64,000 bases of DNA from Octopus bimaculoides. Its lineage: Eukaryota. The stretch covers positions 58,711,976-58,775,975 of the forward strand of contig NC_068982.1 of assembly GCF_001194135.2 (NCBI RefSeq), given 5' to 3'. The notes beneath the pieces were generated by a model. It was not told the origin of the DNA. It ran no database searches and saw only the letters and a program-made list of their open reading frames with translations. Shown in pieces: positions 1-12,300 of the stretch (its first letter is position 1; every line of letters begins with the position of its first letter). The translations under genes were made by a program, and so were the position numbers.

Positions 1-34
1 ATATGTACACATGCACTCATATGTGTATGTATGC

Positions 35-155
35 GTGGTAAGTAGCTTGCTTACCAACCACATGGTTCCAGGTTCAGTCCCACTGCGTGGCACCTTGGGC
101 AAGTGTCTTCTACTGTAGCCTCGGGCCGACCAAAGCCTTGTGAGTGGATTTGGTA
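35..155 (+). mobile_element. SINE family A, 5' half
   Basis: GTGGTAAGTAGCTTGCTTACCAACCACATGGTTCCAGGTTCAGTCCCACTG. Confidence 0.9.
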
Positions 156-510
156 AAATTCCGTCGAGTTCAACTTCGCATTTCATCCTTTCGGGTGTCG
201 ATAAGTTAAGTACTACTTGCGTACTAATCTAATCGACTAACCAGATCTAATCAACTGGCCCCCTCCCCAAAAATTTCAGGCCTTGTGCCGAGAGTAGAAA
301 AGAATATTTCATTTGTTAGCACACCGGGCGAAATGCTTAGCGGTATTTCGCCTGTCTTTACGTTCTGAGTTCAAATTCCGCCGAGGTCAACTTTGCCTTT
401 CATCCTTTCGGGGTCGTTAAATTAAGTACCAGTTGTGTACTGAGTCGATTTAGTCAACTGGCCCCCTCCCACAAAATTTCAGGCCTTCTGCCTAGAGTAG
501 AAAAGAATAT
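156..510 (+). mobile_element. Two tandem SINE B copies
   Basis: Central domain and the CCCCCTCCC..AAATTTCAGGCCTT..AGAGTAGAAAAGAATAT tail each occur twice. Confidence 0.85.
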
Positions 511-931
511 GCTTGAACATATATAAGCAAACGTCTTAGGCCAGTTAAAAACGAACCAGCAGTCATTTGATTCGCGTAGATTGATTTATCATATACACAC
601 AATTCTATTAGTTTCTTCAGATTCTCTGACCGATTCCAAAGGTAGGTTGAATGATAAAGCACTTTTCTTAGAATCCAAAGAATTACCTTCCTTCATCCAC
701 ATGGCTTGTTGTATATGTCTATTGACATATTTGTATATTTAATTAACGAATTATTTGTATATTTTAGTTGAATACATATGCTGTCTGGTAATTGAATATT
801 CAAGCACGCATAGCCCCACATGCTCCCTACACCCACACACACATATAAATACCAACATGCATGTGTATGTGTGTACAAATAAAACTATGTATATGTGTGC
901 ATATAAATACGTACAGTTATATACATACATA

Positions 932-973
<42 letters not shown>

Positions 974-1112
974 TATAAAGGTACATCTCTCTTTATCTCC
1001 CTATATATATGTATATACACATATATCTCTGTGTGCATGTATGTATGTATGCATGTATATATATGTATGTATGTATGTATCTATCTATACATACATACAC
1101 ACACACACACAC

Positions 1113-1145
<33 letters not shown>

Positions 1146-1206
1146 ATACACACGTGTATGAATCTTTATGTATATATATGTGTGTGTGTGTTCTTTTATT
1201 ATCTTA

Positions 1207-1504
1207 TTCTTTTACTTGTTTTACTCATTTGATTGCTGCCATGCTGGAGCACCGCCTTTAGCCGAACAAATCAACCCCAGGACTTATTCTTTGTGAACCT
1301 AGTACTTTCCGTCTCATTTACTGAACTGGGGATGTAAACACACCAACATCGCTTATCAAGCGACAGTGGGGGGGGGGGACAAACACGGACACCAACACAC
1401 ACACACATATTTATATATACGACGGGCTTCTTTCAGTTTCTGTCTACCAAATCTACTCACAATACTTTATTCGGCCCGAGGCTACAGTAGAAGACACTTG
1501 CTCA
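1207..1504 (-). mobile_element. SINE family A, 5'-truncated
   Basis: Reverse complement of the family A 3' half, the internal (CA/TA) tract and part of the 5' half. Confidence 0.85.
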
Positions 1505-1888
1505 ATGTGTCGATAAGATCGACTCCAGTACGCAACTGGTATTTAATTTATCGACCCCGAAAGGATGAATGGCAAAGTTGACCTCTGGAATTTGAACTCA
1601 GAGCGTAAAGACAGACGAAATAACGTTAAGCATTTCGCCCTGCGTCCTAACGTTTCTTATTTCTTTATTTCCCACAAGGGGCTAAATATAGAGGGGACAA
1701 ACAAGGACAGCCAAAGGGATTAAGTCGATTACATCGACCCCAGTGCGTAATTGGTACTTAATTTATCGACCCCGAAAGGATGAAAGGCAAAGTGGACCTC
1801 GGCGGAATTTGAACTCAGAACGTAACGGCAGACGAAATACCGCTAAGCATTTCGCCCTGCATGCTAACGTTTCTGCCAGCTCGCCGCC
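1505..1888 (-). mobile_element. Two tandem SINE B copies
   Basis: 1655-1888 is a full copy with the same tail type as 56924. 1505-1655 is partial. Confidence 0.85.
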
Positions 1889-1899
1889 TTGTATGTACG

Positions 1900-2297
1900 T
1901 CTTTTATCTTTTGCTTGTTTCAATGACTGGACAACAGCTATGCTGAGACACCGCCTAAAAGACCCTTGTACTTATTTTCTTTCTAAGTCTGGTACTCATT
2001 CTGTCGGTCTCTTTTGCAGAACCGTTCAGTTCCGAGTACCTAAACTAATCAATGTCGATAGTCGTGCGCTGGTCGAGGACAAACACACACAAAAAAAAAA
2101 CATATAAACTTATAAAAACACACACACACACACACACATTAGTGCGACTAGGTTCAGCTTCTGTCTACCAAATCGATTCAGAAGGCTTAGGCTGACCCAG
2201 GGCTATAGTAGAGAACGCTTGCCCAAGATGCCGCGTAATGAGACTGAACCCAAGGCCACATGGTTGGGAAGCAAGCTTCTAAACCACACAGCTACGC
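1900..2297 (-). mobile_element. SINE family A, diverged
   Basis: Both halves are present, separated by a (CA)n tract. Confidence 0.75.
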
Positions 2298-3182
2298 GAA
2301 AATAGAGTTAATATATTAACTGGTTTAACCCCATCGTGTGCTCCCTAGAGACACATGTGGTGTCAAGCGAAAGCATTAATGTTAAGTTTCAGATTTGAAG
2401 ATAACTTCCTTTCGTTCTTTCTTACATTAGTCATAGAGGCCCCGAAAAGGGTCATAGATTCTACTCTTCTAGTATTCCTACAAAAGATACCTCCAATTTA
2501 CATGCGCACACACACACACGCACACATGTTCTACATGCATCTACAGATGCAATATGTAAGGATGCGATCAGAAACACATGCACACACTTATATAGAATAG
2601 CGCGTGGATGCGTGTATGTACGCATACACAGATGAACTATCACCTTACATACATTGTTTTTCAGTTTCAGGCGTATATCCGGATATACAATTACTTATTT
2701 TTATATCCCGATATCAGAATACGTAACATGTACAACAGTGCGTGTAGTTAGACCTAACATAGTTATACAGACGCACACAAACATACTCACATAATCATAC
2801 ATACATACATACATACATACATACATACATACATACATACATACATAAGCACATGCGTACCTATACACACACATAGATACACAAAGCCGTCGAAATACGA
2901 GAAATTAACTGAGTCAACGAGAATGCCTTTCCCTCCCTGTGTGGTAACGTGCCCTTGTGAGTATCGTGAGCTCACAAGGGGGCGCTATGGGAGTGCTGGG
3001 TGCAGCACCATCATAAGGCATGGGGACGGATCTAGGGGCTTGCTGTCAATAAATAAATATTAGAGAGCCCAGTGCAGAGATTTTCCCGGTGGGGTAGGTC
3101 TATGATACTGCTGAGACAGCCCTGGTTGAGTACTTAGGGGGACCGTGATTAATCTTAGAAATAAAATAATTAAACCAATTGG

Positions 3183-3500
3183 TGTGAAGGTGCGTAGCTT
3201 AGTGGTTAGGATATTTGACTCAAATCGTGAGCTAGATACCCGAGAGTGCGTTGTATCCTTGAATAAGACATCTTATTTCACGTTACTCCAGTCCTCTTAG
3301 CTGGGGAAAGTGAGTATTAACTGTACTTCAAAGGGCCAGACTTGTCCCATTTCTGTGTCACACTGAATCTCCCAGAAAACTACGTTAAGGTTACGCGTGT
3401 CTGTGGAGTAGTCAGGCACTTGCACGTCAATTTCGCATGCAAGCTGTTCTGTTGATCGGATGAGCTGGAACCCTTTTCGTCCTAACCGACAGAGTGTCAG
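3183..3500 (+). mobile_element. SINE family D (C-type head, different body)
   Basis: The shared head and domain are followed by TCAAAGGGCCAG...CTGTGGAGT...GTTGATCGGATGAGCTGGAACCC. Confidence 0.8.
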
Positions 3501-3569
3501 TTTATTTAAACCAAATATAGTACTTATATCTTAAATACATTTTCCAAAAATAAATAAGCAAATAAAATC

Positions 3570-3930
3570 TTTTTCGAGTGAAAATATGAGAAACGCAAAG
3601 GTCCCTGAATAATGGTTGTTTAAGGATGATGAACAAAACACCCATGTTTCCAAAGGTGAATTATCTGAACCCCAAAGAATTCCTCTCAACACATGTCTAT
3701 GACACCCCGCTCTACTCTGCTCGTGATCAGGGATGCACATATCGTCAGCCTCTAAGGGACATGCTCAACTGGTTAATGTCAAATAACTGACAAGCGAATC
3801 TGTGGTATTGAGCAGAATATTTGCTGTAGCTCATGTTTTATACCAAAACAAAACAATGTACATGATAACACTTCCAATCAATTAAGATGAGAAGCCATGA
3901 GAGCCACTGCCTGGTACTGCATCAGAGCAT

Positions 3931-3935
<5 letters not shown>
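3570..3935 (+). mobile_element. Probable LINE 3' end or interspersed repeat
   Basis: About 350 bp of complex sequence ending directly in a (TAT/CAT)n tail. I recall it as an octopus repeat but could not verify this, and there is no second copy in the window. Confidence 0.35.
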
Positions 3936-3997
<62 letters not shown>

Positions 3998-4050
3998 TAT
4001 TATTATTATTATTATTTTACGTTCTGACTTCAAATAACTACTACTACTAT

Positions 4051-4091
<41 letters not shown>
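3931..4091. repeat. Compound (TAT/CAT)n + (CTA)n microsatellite
   Basis: Read directly from the sequence. Confidence 0.95.
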
Positions 4092-4109
4092 AACTGCAAC
4101 TGTAATCTC

Positions 4110-4503
4110 ATAGCCTCTGAAAGGGTGGAAGTATGTTAACCTCGACGGGATTTGAAATCAGATTATAAAGTGTCATGAAATGAAATGACGTCGGAAACTA
4201 TTGTATACATTATTGATTTAAAATTTTGGCACAAGGCCAGCAATTTCTGGAGAGGGGGATAGTCGGTGACTTATTTTATCAAACCCGAAAACATGTAAGG
4301 CAAAGTCGACCTCGGCATTATTTGAAGTCAGATAGGTTGATTACATTGACCCCGGTGATAAACTCGTACTTATTTTATCGACCCGAGAAGGATGAATGGC
4401 AAAAGTCGACCTTGACGGAATTTGAACTCGAAGCAATAAGACGTATGAAATGCTGATAAGAATTTTGTCCGGCGTGCAAACGATTCTGTCAGCTCACCGC
4501 CTT
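4110..4503 (-). mobile_element. Cluster of SINE B fragments
   Basis: Repeated GGCAAAGTCGACCTCGG / TTTGAACTC motifs. Confidence 0.75.
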
Positions 4504-4569
4504 CACATAAATCATTAAGTTTATTTAAACTGTCATCAGTAAGATTTAGCTTCGTGATTTTCCGGGGCA

Positions 4570-4760
4570 ATACTTTGAATCTTTGAGTGGAATTTACTCA
4601 AGACAAAAATTTGTCCGATGCGACAATTGGTAGTCACTTTGGGATTTTCTGTTGAGAGGTGCAGAAGTGTGATTCTTCAGACAGCAGGACCTACAATTAT
4701 GTAACTGAGTGGAGTGTGAAGACTTTGGTCAATGTTCCAGGTTACAGTAGGGCAAGAATG
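4570..4760 (+). pseudogene. Possible C-terminal relic of an RLE-type (R4/Dong-like) non-LTR retrotransposon
   Basis: EVQK (4656-4667), then after a frameshift VILQTA (from 4669), resembling the QKxVxLxTAxI terminal motif. Heavily decayed. Confidence 0.3.
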
Positions 4761-4884
4761 ATTCTGGCCTTTAACCTTCTGGAGGAAAGTGGACTAAGAA
4801 GTGGACTTTACTCTCTCTTGGGTTGAAAGAAATGTAGGCGTTGATTATGTCAGCATTTGAAATTGACGATAAATTACTCCTTAT

Positions 4885-5045
4885 GTGCTTACAGAGTCGA
4901 GCTCACAATCATGAAGTAGTGAGTCCAATTCCCGGACCGGGCTGTGTATTGTGTTCTTAAGCAAGACACTTTATTTCACATTGCTCCAGTTCACTCAACT
5001 GTAGAAAGGAGTTGCGACGTCACTAATGCCAAGTGTATTGGCCTT
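4885..5045 (+). mobile_element. SINE family E, 5' part, fused to the PLE fragment
   Basis: GAGTTGCGACGTCACTAATGCCAAG body start. Confidence 0.75.
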
Positions 5046-5250
5046 CCTTCGTGGAACACCTCCGAGACATCAGACTCGGCAATGACATCCCGGTCTCGCG
5101 CCACTACCGCTCTGCCATCATTCGCTATAACATCTATCTGTTTTCGGATTGTCTCTGCACAGGGTCCCACCCGGACTCCCGCCTTCGCCGTGAACAGAAA
5201 TTAATCTTCTCTCTTCGTTCTTTTGCGCCATGTGGTGCTCAACTCATTAC
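5046..5250 (+). mobile_element. Penelope-like element GIY-YIG C-terminal fragment
   Basis: Reads FVEHLRDIRLGNDIPVSRHYRS...RLRREQKLIFSLRSFAPCGA, with EH, PVxxH and ExxLIFxLxTxxPxG(LN)-like motifs. 5057-5105 is identical to 6803-6851 (49 bp). Confidence 0.8.
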
Positions 5251-5640
5251 TCACTTCACACACCATTACATACACACTCACAAACACCTTCCCACTTCAC
5301 ACACACTAGCATCAAACATTTCTCAGCACCCACACCACACATCATTATCCACACATCCACACACAATCTTCAATAGCATCACCACACATACCACTGTACA
5401 AGCAGCCCCACTCACTGTTTAATTCAGTACACACACCACACACCATCATTCACATTCCCACACCCACACAAGCACAGGATACTTGAACACGCATAAAAAC
5501 GCATAAACACACGCAACACATAACTTTCGCCCACAAACATACACTATACACATACACATTATTTGGTCACAAACACACACACGTGTACATACCACCTGAA
5601 CAAGCACACACACGTGTGTGCGTGTCTAACTATCTATCTA

Positions 5641-5685
<45 letters not shown>

Positions 5686-6410
5686 NNNNNNNNNNNNNNN
5701 NNNNNNNNNNNNNNNNNNNNNNNNNNNNNNNNNNNNNNNNNNNNNNNNNNNNNNNNNNNNNNNNNNNNNNNNNNNNNNNNNNNNNNNNNNNNNNNNNNNN
5801 NNNNNNNNNNNNNNNNNNNNNNNNNNNNNNNNNNNNNNNNNNNNNNNNNNNNNNNNNNNNNNNNNNNNNNNNNNNNNNNNNNNNNNNNNNNNNNNNNNNN
5901 NNNNNNNNNNNNNNNNNNNNNNNNNNNNNNNNNNNNNNNNNNNNNNNNNNNNNNNNNNNNNNNNNNNNNNNNNNNNNNNNNNNNNNNNNNNNNNNNNNNN
6001 NNNNNNNNNNNNNNNNNNNNNNNNNNNNNNNNNNNNNNNNNNNNNNNNNNNNNNNNNNNNNNNNNNNNNNNNNNNNNNNNNNNNNNNNNNNNNNNNNNNN
6101 NNNNNNNNNNNNNNNNNNNNNNNNNNNNNNNNNNNNNNNNNNNNNNNNNNNNNNNNNNNNNNNNNNNNNNNNNNNNNNNNNNNNNNNNNNNNNNNNNNNN
6201 NNNNNNNNNNNNNNNNNNNNNNNNNNNNNNNNNNNNNNNNNNNNNNNNNNNNNNNNNNNNNNNNNNNNNNNNNNNNNNNNNNNNNNNNNNNNNNNNNNNN
6301 NNNNNNNNNNNNNNNNNNNNNNNNNNNNNNNNNNNNNNNNNNNNNNNNNNNNNNNNNNNNNNNNNNNNNNNNNNNNNNNNNNNNNNNNNNNNNNNNNNNN
6401 NNNNNNNNNN

Positions 6411-6994
6411 ACAGATAACAACACCTTTCGTGGATGAAGACCTTCTTTAGCTTGGGGTGCCAGTGTTTGTCCTTTCCCTACCCACTGACTTCGGCGCTTG
6501 ACATTTTTATAGAGAACCCATTTCTCGTCACCAGTCACTATTTGGTCCAAAACAGGTTAATTCGTGAGACGTGACAGAAAAGAAGAGCACGCATTCACTG
6601 TCTGCGCACGATTAGACTCGGAAATTTTGTGAGGAAGTCATTGACCCAATTTGCTGACTTTACCGATGGCACGCGGATGTCGATGAATGGTTGAATGACT
6701 AAATCCAAGCTTCTCTGTTAGTTCCTCAACATTTACGATGGGATTTTGTTCCACCAGGGTTAGTGCATCTCCTGCTCTCTCTTGGCTGATCGGTTCGTGA
6801 AGCACCTCCGAGACATCAGACTCGGCAATGACATCCCGGTCTCGCGCCACTTCCGCTCTACCATCATTCGCTACAGCTTCTATCTGTTTGCGGACTGTCT
6901 CTGCACAGGATGTCCCTGTCGAGCTCTACAGATCTTCCAGGTCGAGGCTCGTCTTCTAGGCTGTAGTTTCTGGCTCGGAATTTCTGGAACCACC
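6411..6994 (-). pseudogene. Decayed mariner (Tc1/mariner) transposase fragment with stops and an internal insertion
   Basis: The minus strand reads WFQKFRARNYSLEDEPRPGRSVEL (HTH/GRP region), then TLVEQNPIVNVEELTEKLGFSHSTIHRH, a decayed WVPHEL-like G(Q*)LPHKI, and LDQIVTGDEKWVLYKNVKRRSQW...GLHPRKVLLS (first catalytic D and HPxK motif). It is truncated by N-gaps on both sides. Confidence 0.93.
6761..6906 (+). mobile_element. Penelope-like element GIY-YIG endonuclease fragment nested in the mariner
   Basis: Reads LADRFVKHLRDIRLGNDIPVSRHFRST, matching the RxxEH...PVxxHF pattern of PLE GIY-YIG domains. It splits the mariner frame between DIL and TLVEQNP. Confidence 0.75.
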
Positions 6995-7289
6995 NNNNNN
7001 NNNNAATCAATGCTTGCATATTAAAGCATATTAGTATGAAGAAGATAAACAACAAATACTGATTGATAAAAGAACACAAGACAGAATGGACAGTCGAGCT
7101 TGATGTGACATCATGTTGCGTCTCTTTGAATAAGCTTGTCGATCCCTAGATACATACATACATCAGTGTGCTTGCATGTGTATGTGCGCGCGCGCGATTG
7201 TATGTGTGTATGTGTGTATATACGAGTTTGTGTGTGAGTTTTCCCACAAAATTTGACCACTGTTGACTTGAAATAGCATTTTAGCCCTA

Positions 7290-7429
7290 CGGTAAAATAT
7301 AGACAACCAGACAGGCAGGAATGTAGAGAGGCAGGCAGGCAGGCAGGCAGACAAACAGGCAAGCAGACAGAGAAACAGTTCGGTCCGTGGATTGAGACAA
7401 AGATAGGTAGACAGATTGATGGACGGTTG

Positions 7430-7483
<54 letters not shown>
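7290..7483. repeat. Compound (GGCA)n...(GATA)n microsatellite
   Basis: Read directly from the sequence. Confidence 0.95.
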
Positions 7484-7484
<1 letters not shown>

Positions 7485-7707
7485 CGGATCGATTGTTTTG
7501 GGGTTGTTTCTATTCACTTACGAACAAACGGTATGAATGCTTGAGAAGAAAACAAAATTTAAACTGGATTAATGTTCAAGCTTTTAGCTCTTTGATTCTC
7601 TCTCTCTCTCTCTCTCCTTCCCCCTCTCCTCAAATCTTTCTTTCACTTTCGCTCTCATCCCAAAATATTCGCTTGCACATGCTTCCCCATTCACAAGCTA
7701 ATCATAC

Positions 7708-7745
<38 letters not shown>

Positions 7746-7794
7746 CCATAACCACGGTACACACATGCACACACGAGTGTGTGTNNNNNNNNNN

Positions 7795-7841
<47 letters not shown>

Positions 7842-8110
7842 TATGCATGGGTGTGTGCGCATGTGCCTATGTGTATGTGTGTGTGTATGGGGCTGTATGT
7901 GGATGTCTGCTTCTGCGTGTGTGCCTCATAGTATATTATATATAACTATATATCTTTGCTCTGTCAAATATTTAATTCTTGCTGTACTAGTGGGTGTATA
8001 ATAAATATATAATTCTGGGATAATTACCAAAGTTTTCAAACAATAATCTAATGTTTACAGGCGTAGGATGACCTCCCAGTTCATCACTTATCAATTAATT
8101 TTGGGGTTCG

Positions 8111-8149
<39 letters not shown>

Positions 8150-8221
8150 GCACACATATGTAAATATGCGTTTGTATTCATTTATATATACATATATGCA
8201 CACGTACACACACGCGCGCAT

Positions 8222-8288
<67 letters not shown>

Positions 8289-8744
8289 NNNNNNNNNNNN
8301 NNNNNNNNNNNNNNNNNNNNNNNNNNNNNNNNNNNNNNNNNNNNNNNNNNNNNNNNNNNNNNNNNNNNNNNNNNNNNNNNNNNNNNNNNNNNNNNNNNNN
8401 NNNNNNNNNNNNNNNNNNNNNNNNNNNNNNNNNNNNNNNNNNNNNNNNNNNNNNNNNNNNNNNNNNNNNNNNNNNNNNNNNNNNNNNNNNNNNNNNNNNN
8501 NNNNNNNNNNNNNNNNNNNNNNNNAAGCGTGTTACAGAAGACAGACGAACAAAGTGCTTGAAATAGCAGCAAAATTCTCCGTCAAATTAAGTATACATAT
8601 TGTGTTCAGAAAAAAGAAAAAAAGACATGGGTACATTGCATTTTTTTCGGCCTATTACGTTGTGAGGTCAAATGCCGCTGAGATCGACTTTGCCTTTACC
8701 CTTTTCAAAATTGATAAAGTAACGAACAGTTAAGCACTGGAGAT

Positions 8745-9085
8745 AAAGTAAAGGTAAAGTTACCTTCTCGAGTCTACCGAAGGCCGGTTTCCATGATGTA
8801 TATAATTTCCTCACCTGAACGGGACGCCAGTTCATTGCAGGATTACTCACTTTTGGCAGTTGAGTGGACTGGAGCAACGTGAAATGAAGTGTTTTGCTCA
8901 AAAACACAACGCGTCGCCCGGTCCAGGAATAGAAACCACAACTTTAGGATCATGAGTCCAACACCCTAACCACGAAACCACGTGCTTCCACTAAAAGGTA
9001 AAGTTACCTTTTCGAGTCATGCCGACTCATAAGGTCGTTTTCAATGACGTATATATATATTCTCCACCTGGATGGGACGCCGGTA
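8745..9085 (-). mobile_element. SINE family C plus a second 3' tail fragment
   Basis: Full copy at 8745-8990. The tail fragment 8993-9085 reads CTTATGAGTCGGCATGACTCGAAAAGGTAACTTTACCTTT on the minus strand. Confidence 0.85.
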
Positions 9086-9174
9086 TGTGTCACTTTAGAT
9101 TGCAAATTCAAATCTCAAGTTAAATGACTTTCCCTTTCGGCTTTTGTGGGATGTTTTTTTCTTGTAACATTTAG

Positions 9175-9238
9175 TAAGTGGGGAGGGCCGTATCCACGAC
9201 GATTTTCAGGGATTCCAAGATTAGAAGGGGAGAAGAAG
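9175..9238 (+). CDS. Candidate 64-nt exon, KWGGPYPRRFSGIPRLEGEKK
   Basis: Acceptor TTTTTTTCTTGTAACATTTAG|, donor AAG|GTAAGC, one open frame. Confidence 0.25.
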
Positions 9239-10429
9239 GTAAGCTCAATCAAAAGACGTTGTTCGAATCCTTGTAAAAGAATGGACTTCGTAAAAAGCAC
9301 CCGATGACCAAGAAATGCTGTTAAACCGGAAAAAAGATGAAGGGCGATCACTGAGTCAAATGGATTGACCGAGCCCTCCACACAAACTCACAAACACACA
9401 CGTAGATGTATGTATGTATGTATGTATGCATGTATGTATATATGTATGTATGTATGTCATTCTTAGTTTTATTTCAAGAGTTTTTGCCAATAGAGAAAGA
9501 GCCGGTTTCTAACCTAGATCCAAGGCTCCTTCATTGGAATTTCAACATCAACAACAAGGTATTTTTGTTTGTATGTATGTATATATATGTATATGTGCAG
9601 ATTTGTATGTTTTGTTTTATGTTTGTATTCTCATGCATATAGTTGCATATCTAGACATGCTCATACATATTTAAATGATAAAATTCTGGAAAGTTTTACA
9701 GATGTTTACAGTTCCAGTGATAGAGTTGGTCTGTAGTATCCGAATTAGCTTTCTCCTTTCTGGTTTTGAGAAGCCTAATTTCTCTAGATTGGTATTTAAG
9801 CAGTATGTTACATATCCCCTGAGCCCCAATAATTACAGGTATAAACCTGAACTTTTAATTTGGATTGAGTAACTGCAGATTTCTCAATAATTCAGTATAG
9901 ATATTCTCTTTTCACTGATCTTCAGCTTTATGTTAATATCCGCTGAGATTCTAATTTCCACAATTGTACACAGTTTCTCTTCTATGTATGTATGTATGTA
10001 TGTATGCATGTATGCATGTTTGTATGTATGCATGTAGGTATGTATGTTTGACAAGTTTGGCCCCCTGTAGCTTATTCGATGAAATGCAACTCGATGTCAC
10101 ACCAAACACGACTGCACACCTAGTATTGAGTCCTTTACATCAGTCAATCTTTCTTGCTTATCATCTGATTATTAATATACATGAGTATACATGTATACGT
10201 ACGTGTGTGTGTGTGTGTGTGGGGGGGGGTTGAGGACTTCTCTGTCTGCTTTCCGTTCATCTGCGCGTGTACTGTATGTTTTTTCAACTTGCCGTTCTGT
10301 ATCTGTCTTCCGTTCGTTTGTGCATTAAATATACGCTTCTTTAACTTATATACACATAAGTTTAAGTGGGTTTAAAGCGTCTGTAACCACAGCAGACATT
10401 TATGGGCTTATGTTATTGACACTATGGGA

Positions 10430-10879
10430 GGGAGTGAATTGACAGGATCGTTAGAGCAACTGATAAAATGTCATGCGGGTTTTTGTCCCGGCTCTTTACG
10501 ATCTCAATTCGATTATCGACGAGGTCAACTTCGTTTTTCTATCTTTTCGGGTTCGCTCAAATAAACTACTATTGAAACACTGTAATCGACTTCCTCCTCC
10601 CCTAAAAGACAAGAAAAAAAAATGAAAAAAAAATTGTTGGCCCCTGTGCCAAAATTTGAAACCAAAGGCAGTGAGCAGATAGAACTGATAGCATACCGTA
10701 CAAAAAGCTTTGCGCCATTTCATTCGTTTTTATGTTCTGAGTTCTAATCCCGCTGAGGTCCACTTCACCTTTCTTCCTTTTGGTGTCGATGAAATCAGTA
10801 CCAGTTGAACACTGGAGTTGATGCAATCGACTGGGCCCCTCCCCCAAAATTCCAGGCATTGTGCCTTTAGTAGAAAGGA

Positions 10880-10916
<37 letters not shown>

Positions 10917-11900
10917 GGCGACGAGCTAGCAGAATCGTTAGCACGCGGGGCGAAATGCTTTGCGGTAGTTCTGACTTCAAATTCCGCCGAGGTCGACTTT
11001 GCCTTTCATCCTTTCGGGGTCGATTAAATAAGTACCCGTTAGGCACTGGGGTCGATGTAATCAGCTAGTCCCCTCCACTAAAATTTCCGGCCCTGTGCCT
11101 TTAGTAGAAAGGATTCTTCTTCTTCTTCTTCTTATTATTATTATTGTAAATGTCACTTAAGTACTGGGATCGATTAATCGACCAACATCCTCCACCAAAA
11201 TCTCAAGCCTTGTGGCTATAGTAGAAAGAATGATTATTATTGGTATAAAGGATTAGATAAGTGGCAGAATCGGTAGAGTATCGGACAAAAAGCAATATCC
11301 GAATTTAGTAACATACGTTGAAGTTCTGAATTTAAATGCTGCCAAGATAGACCGGCCTGGTATTTTTAGGGATCAGTTAGTTTAAATTATCTATCAATAC
11401 AGTCCTGAAGAACTGATACATAACTAGTTCCACTCCTGTCTTCCCGCAAGATGGCGAACTTTTAGCTTTTGACTGCATTCAAACGTTATCATGCAGAGCA
11501 AAATGCTTAGCGGCCTTTCGTCCGTTTTTACTTTCTGAGTTCAAATTCCAGCGAGATCAACTTTACTTTTCATTCTTTGGGGGGTCGATAAATTAAGTAC
11601 CAGTTATGTATTAGGGTCGATGTAATTGACTTGTCCCCTTCCTAAAAATTTCAGACCTTGTGCCTTTAGTAAAAAAGATTATTATTGGCAGAATCGTTAG
11701 CACGCCGGGCAAAATGCTTGCGGCATTTCGTCCGTCTTTACGTTCTGAGTTCAACTTCCGCTGGGGTCGACTTTGCCTTTCATCTTTCCAGGGATTGATA
11801 GAATAAGTGCCAGTTGAACACTGAGGAGGTCGATGTAATTGACTTACCCCTACTCCGAAATTTCAGGCCTTGTGCCTTTAGTAGAAAGGAATATTATTAT
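10430..11900 (+). mobile_element. Head-to-tail cluster of about 7 SINE B copies
   Basis: Repeated heads and central domains, all on +, several separated by (ATT)n or (CTT)n tails. Confidence 0.85.
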
Positions 11901-11965
11901 TGTTACTGACATTCAAAACGGAATACTGAAAACTGGACGTCTGAATATATAAGTGCGCATGTGCG

Positions 11966-12010
<45 letters not shown>

Positions 12011-12177
12011 GCGTGTGTGTGTGTGTGCGTGTGTGTGTGTGGCGAATGCTGACGATATTATTACGTCTGTGTATTCCACTTTTATTTGAAATTCGCGAAG
12101 TAAAAAGAAAAAAAGAAACGGAAATGTGAGGCTTTTGTTACATTTTTTTTCGCTGCTGCTGCCGTTGTGCCGTTGAT

Positions 12178-12300
12178 TATATCATCATCATCAACATCGT
12201 CATCATCATCTACATCGTCATCATCATCATTATCATCATCATCATTCGCATCCTCATCATCATCATCATCATTATTGTTATTATTATTATTATTATCTTA
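12178..12300. repeat. (CAT/TAT)n microsatellite
   Basis: Read directly from the sequence. Confidence 0.9.
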
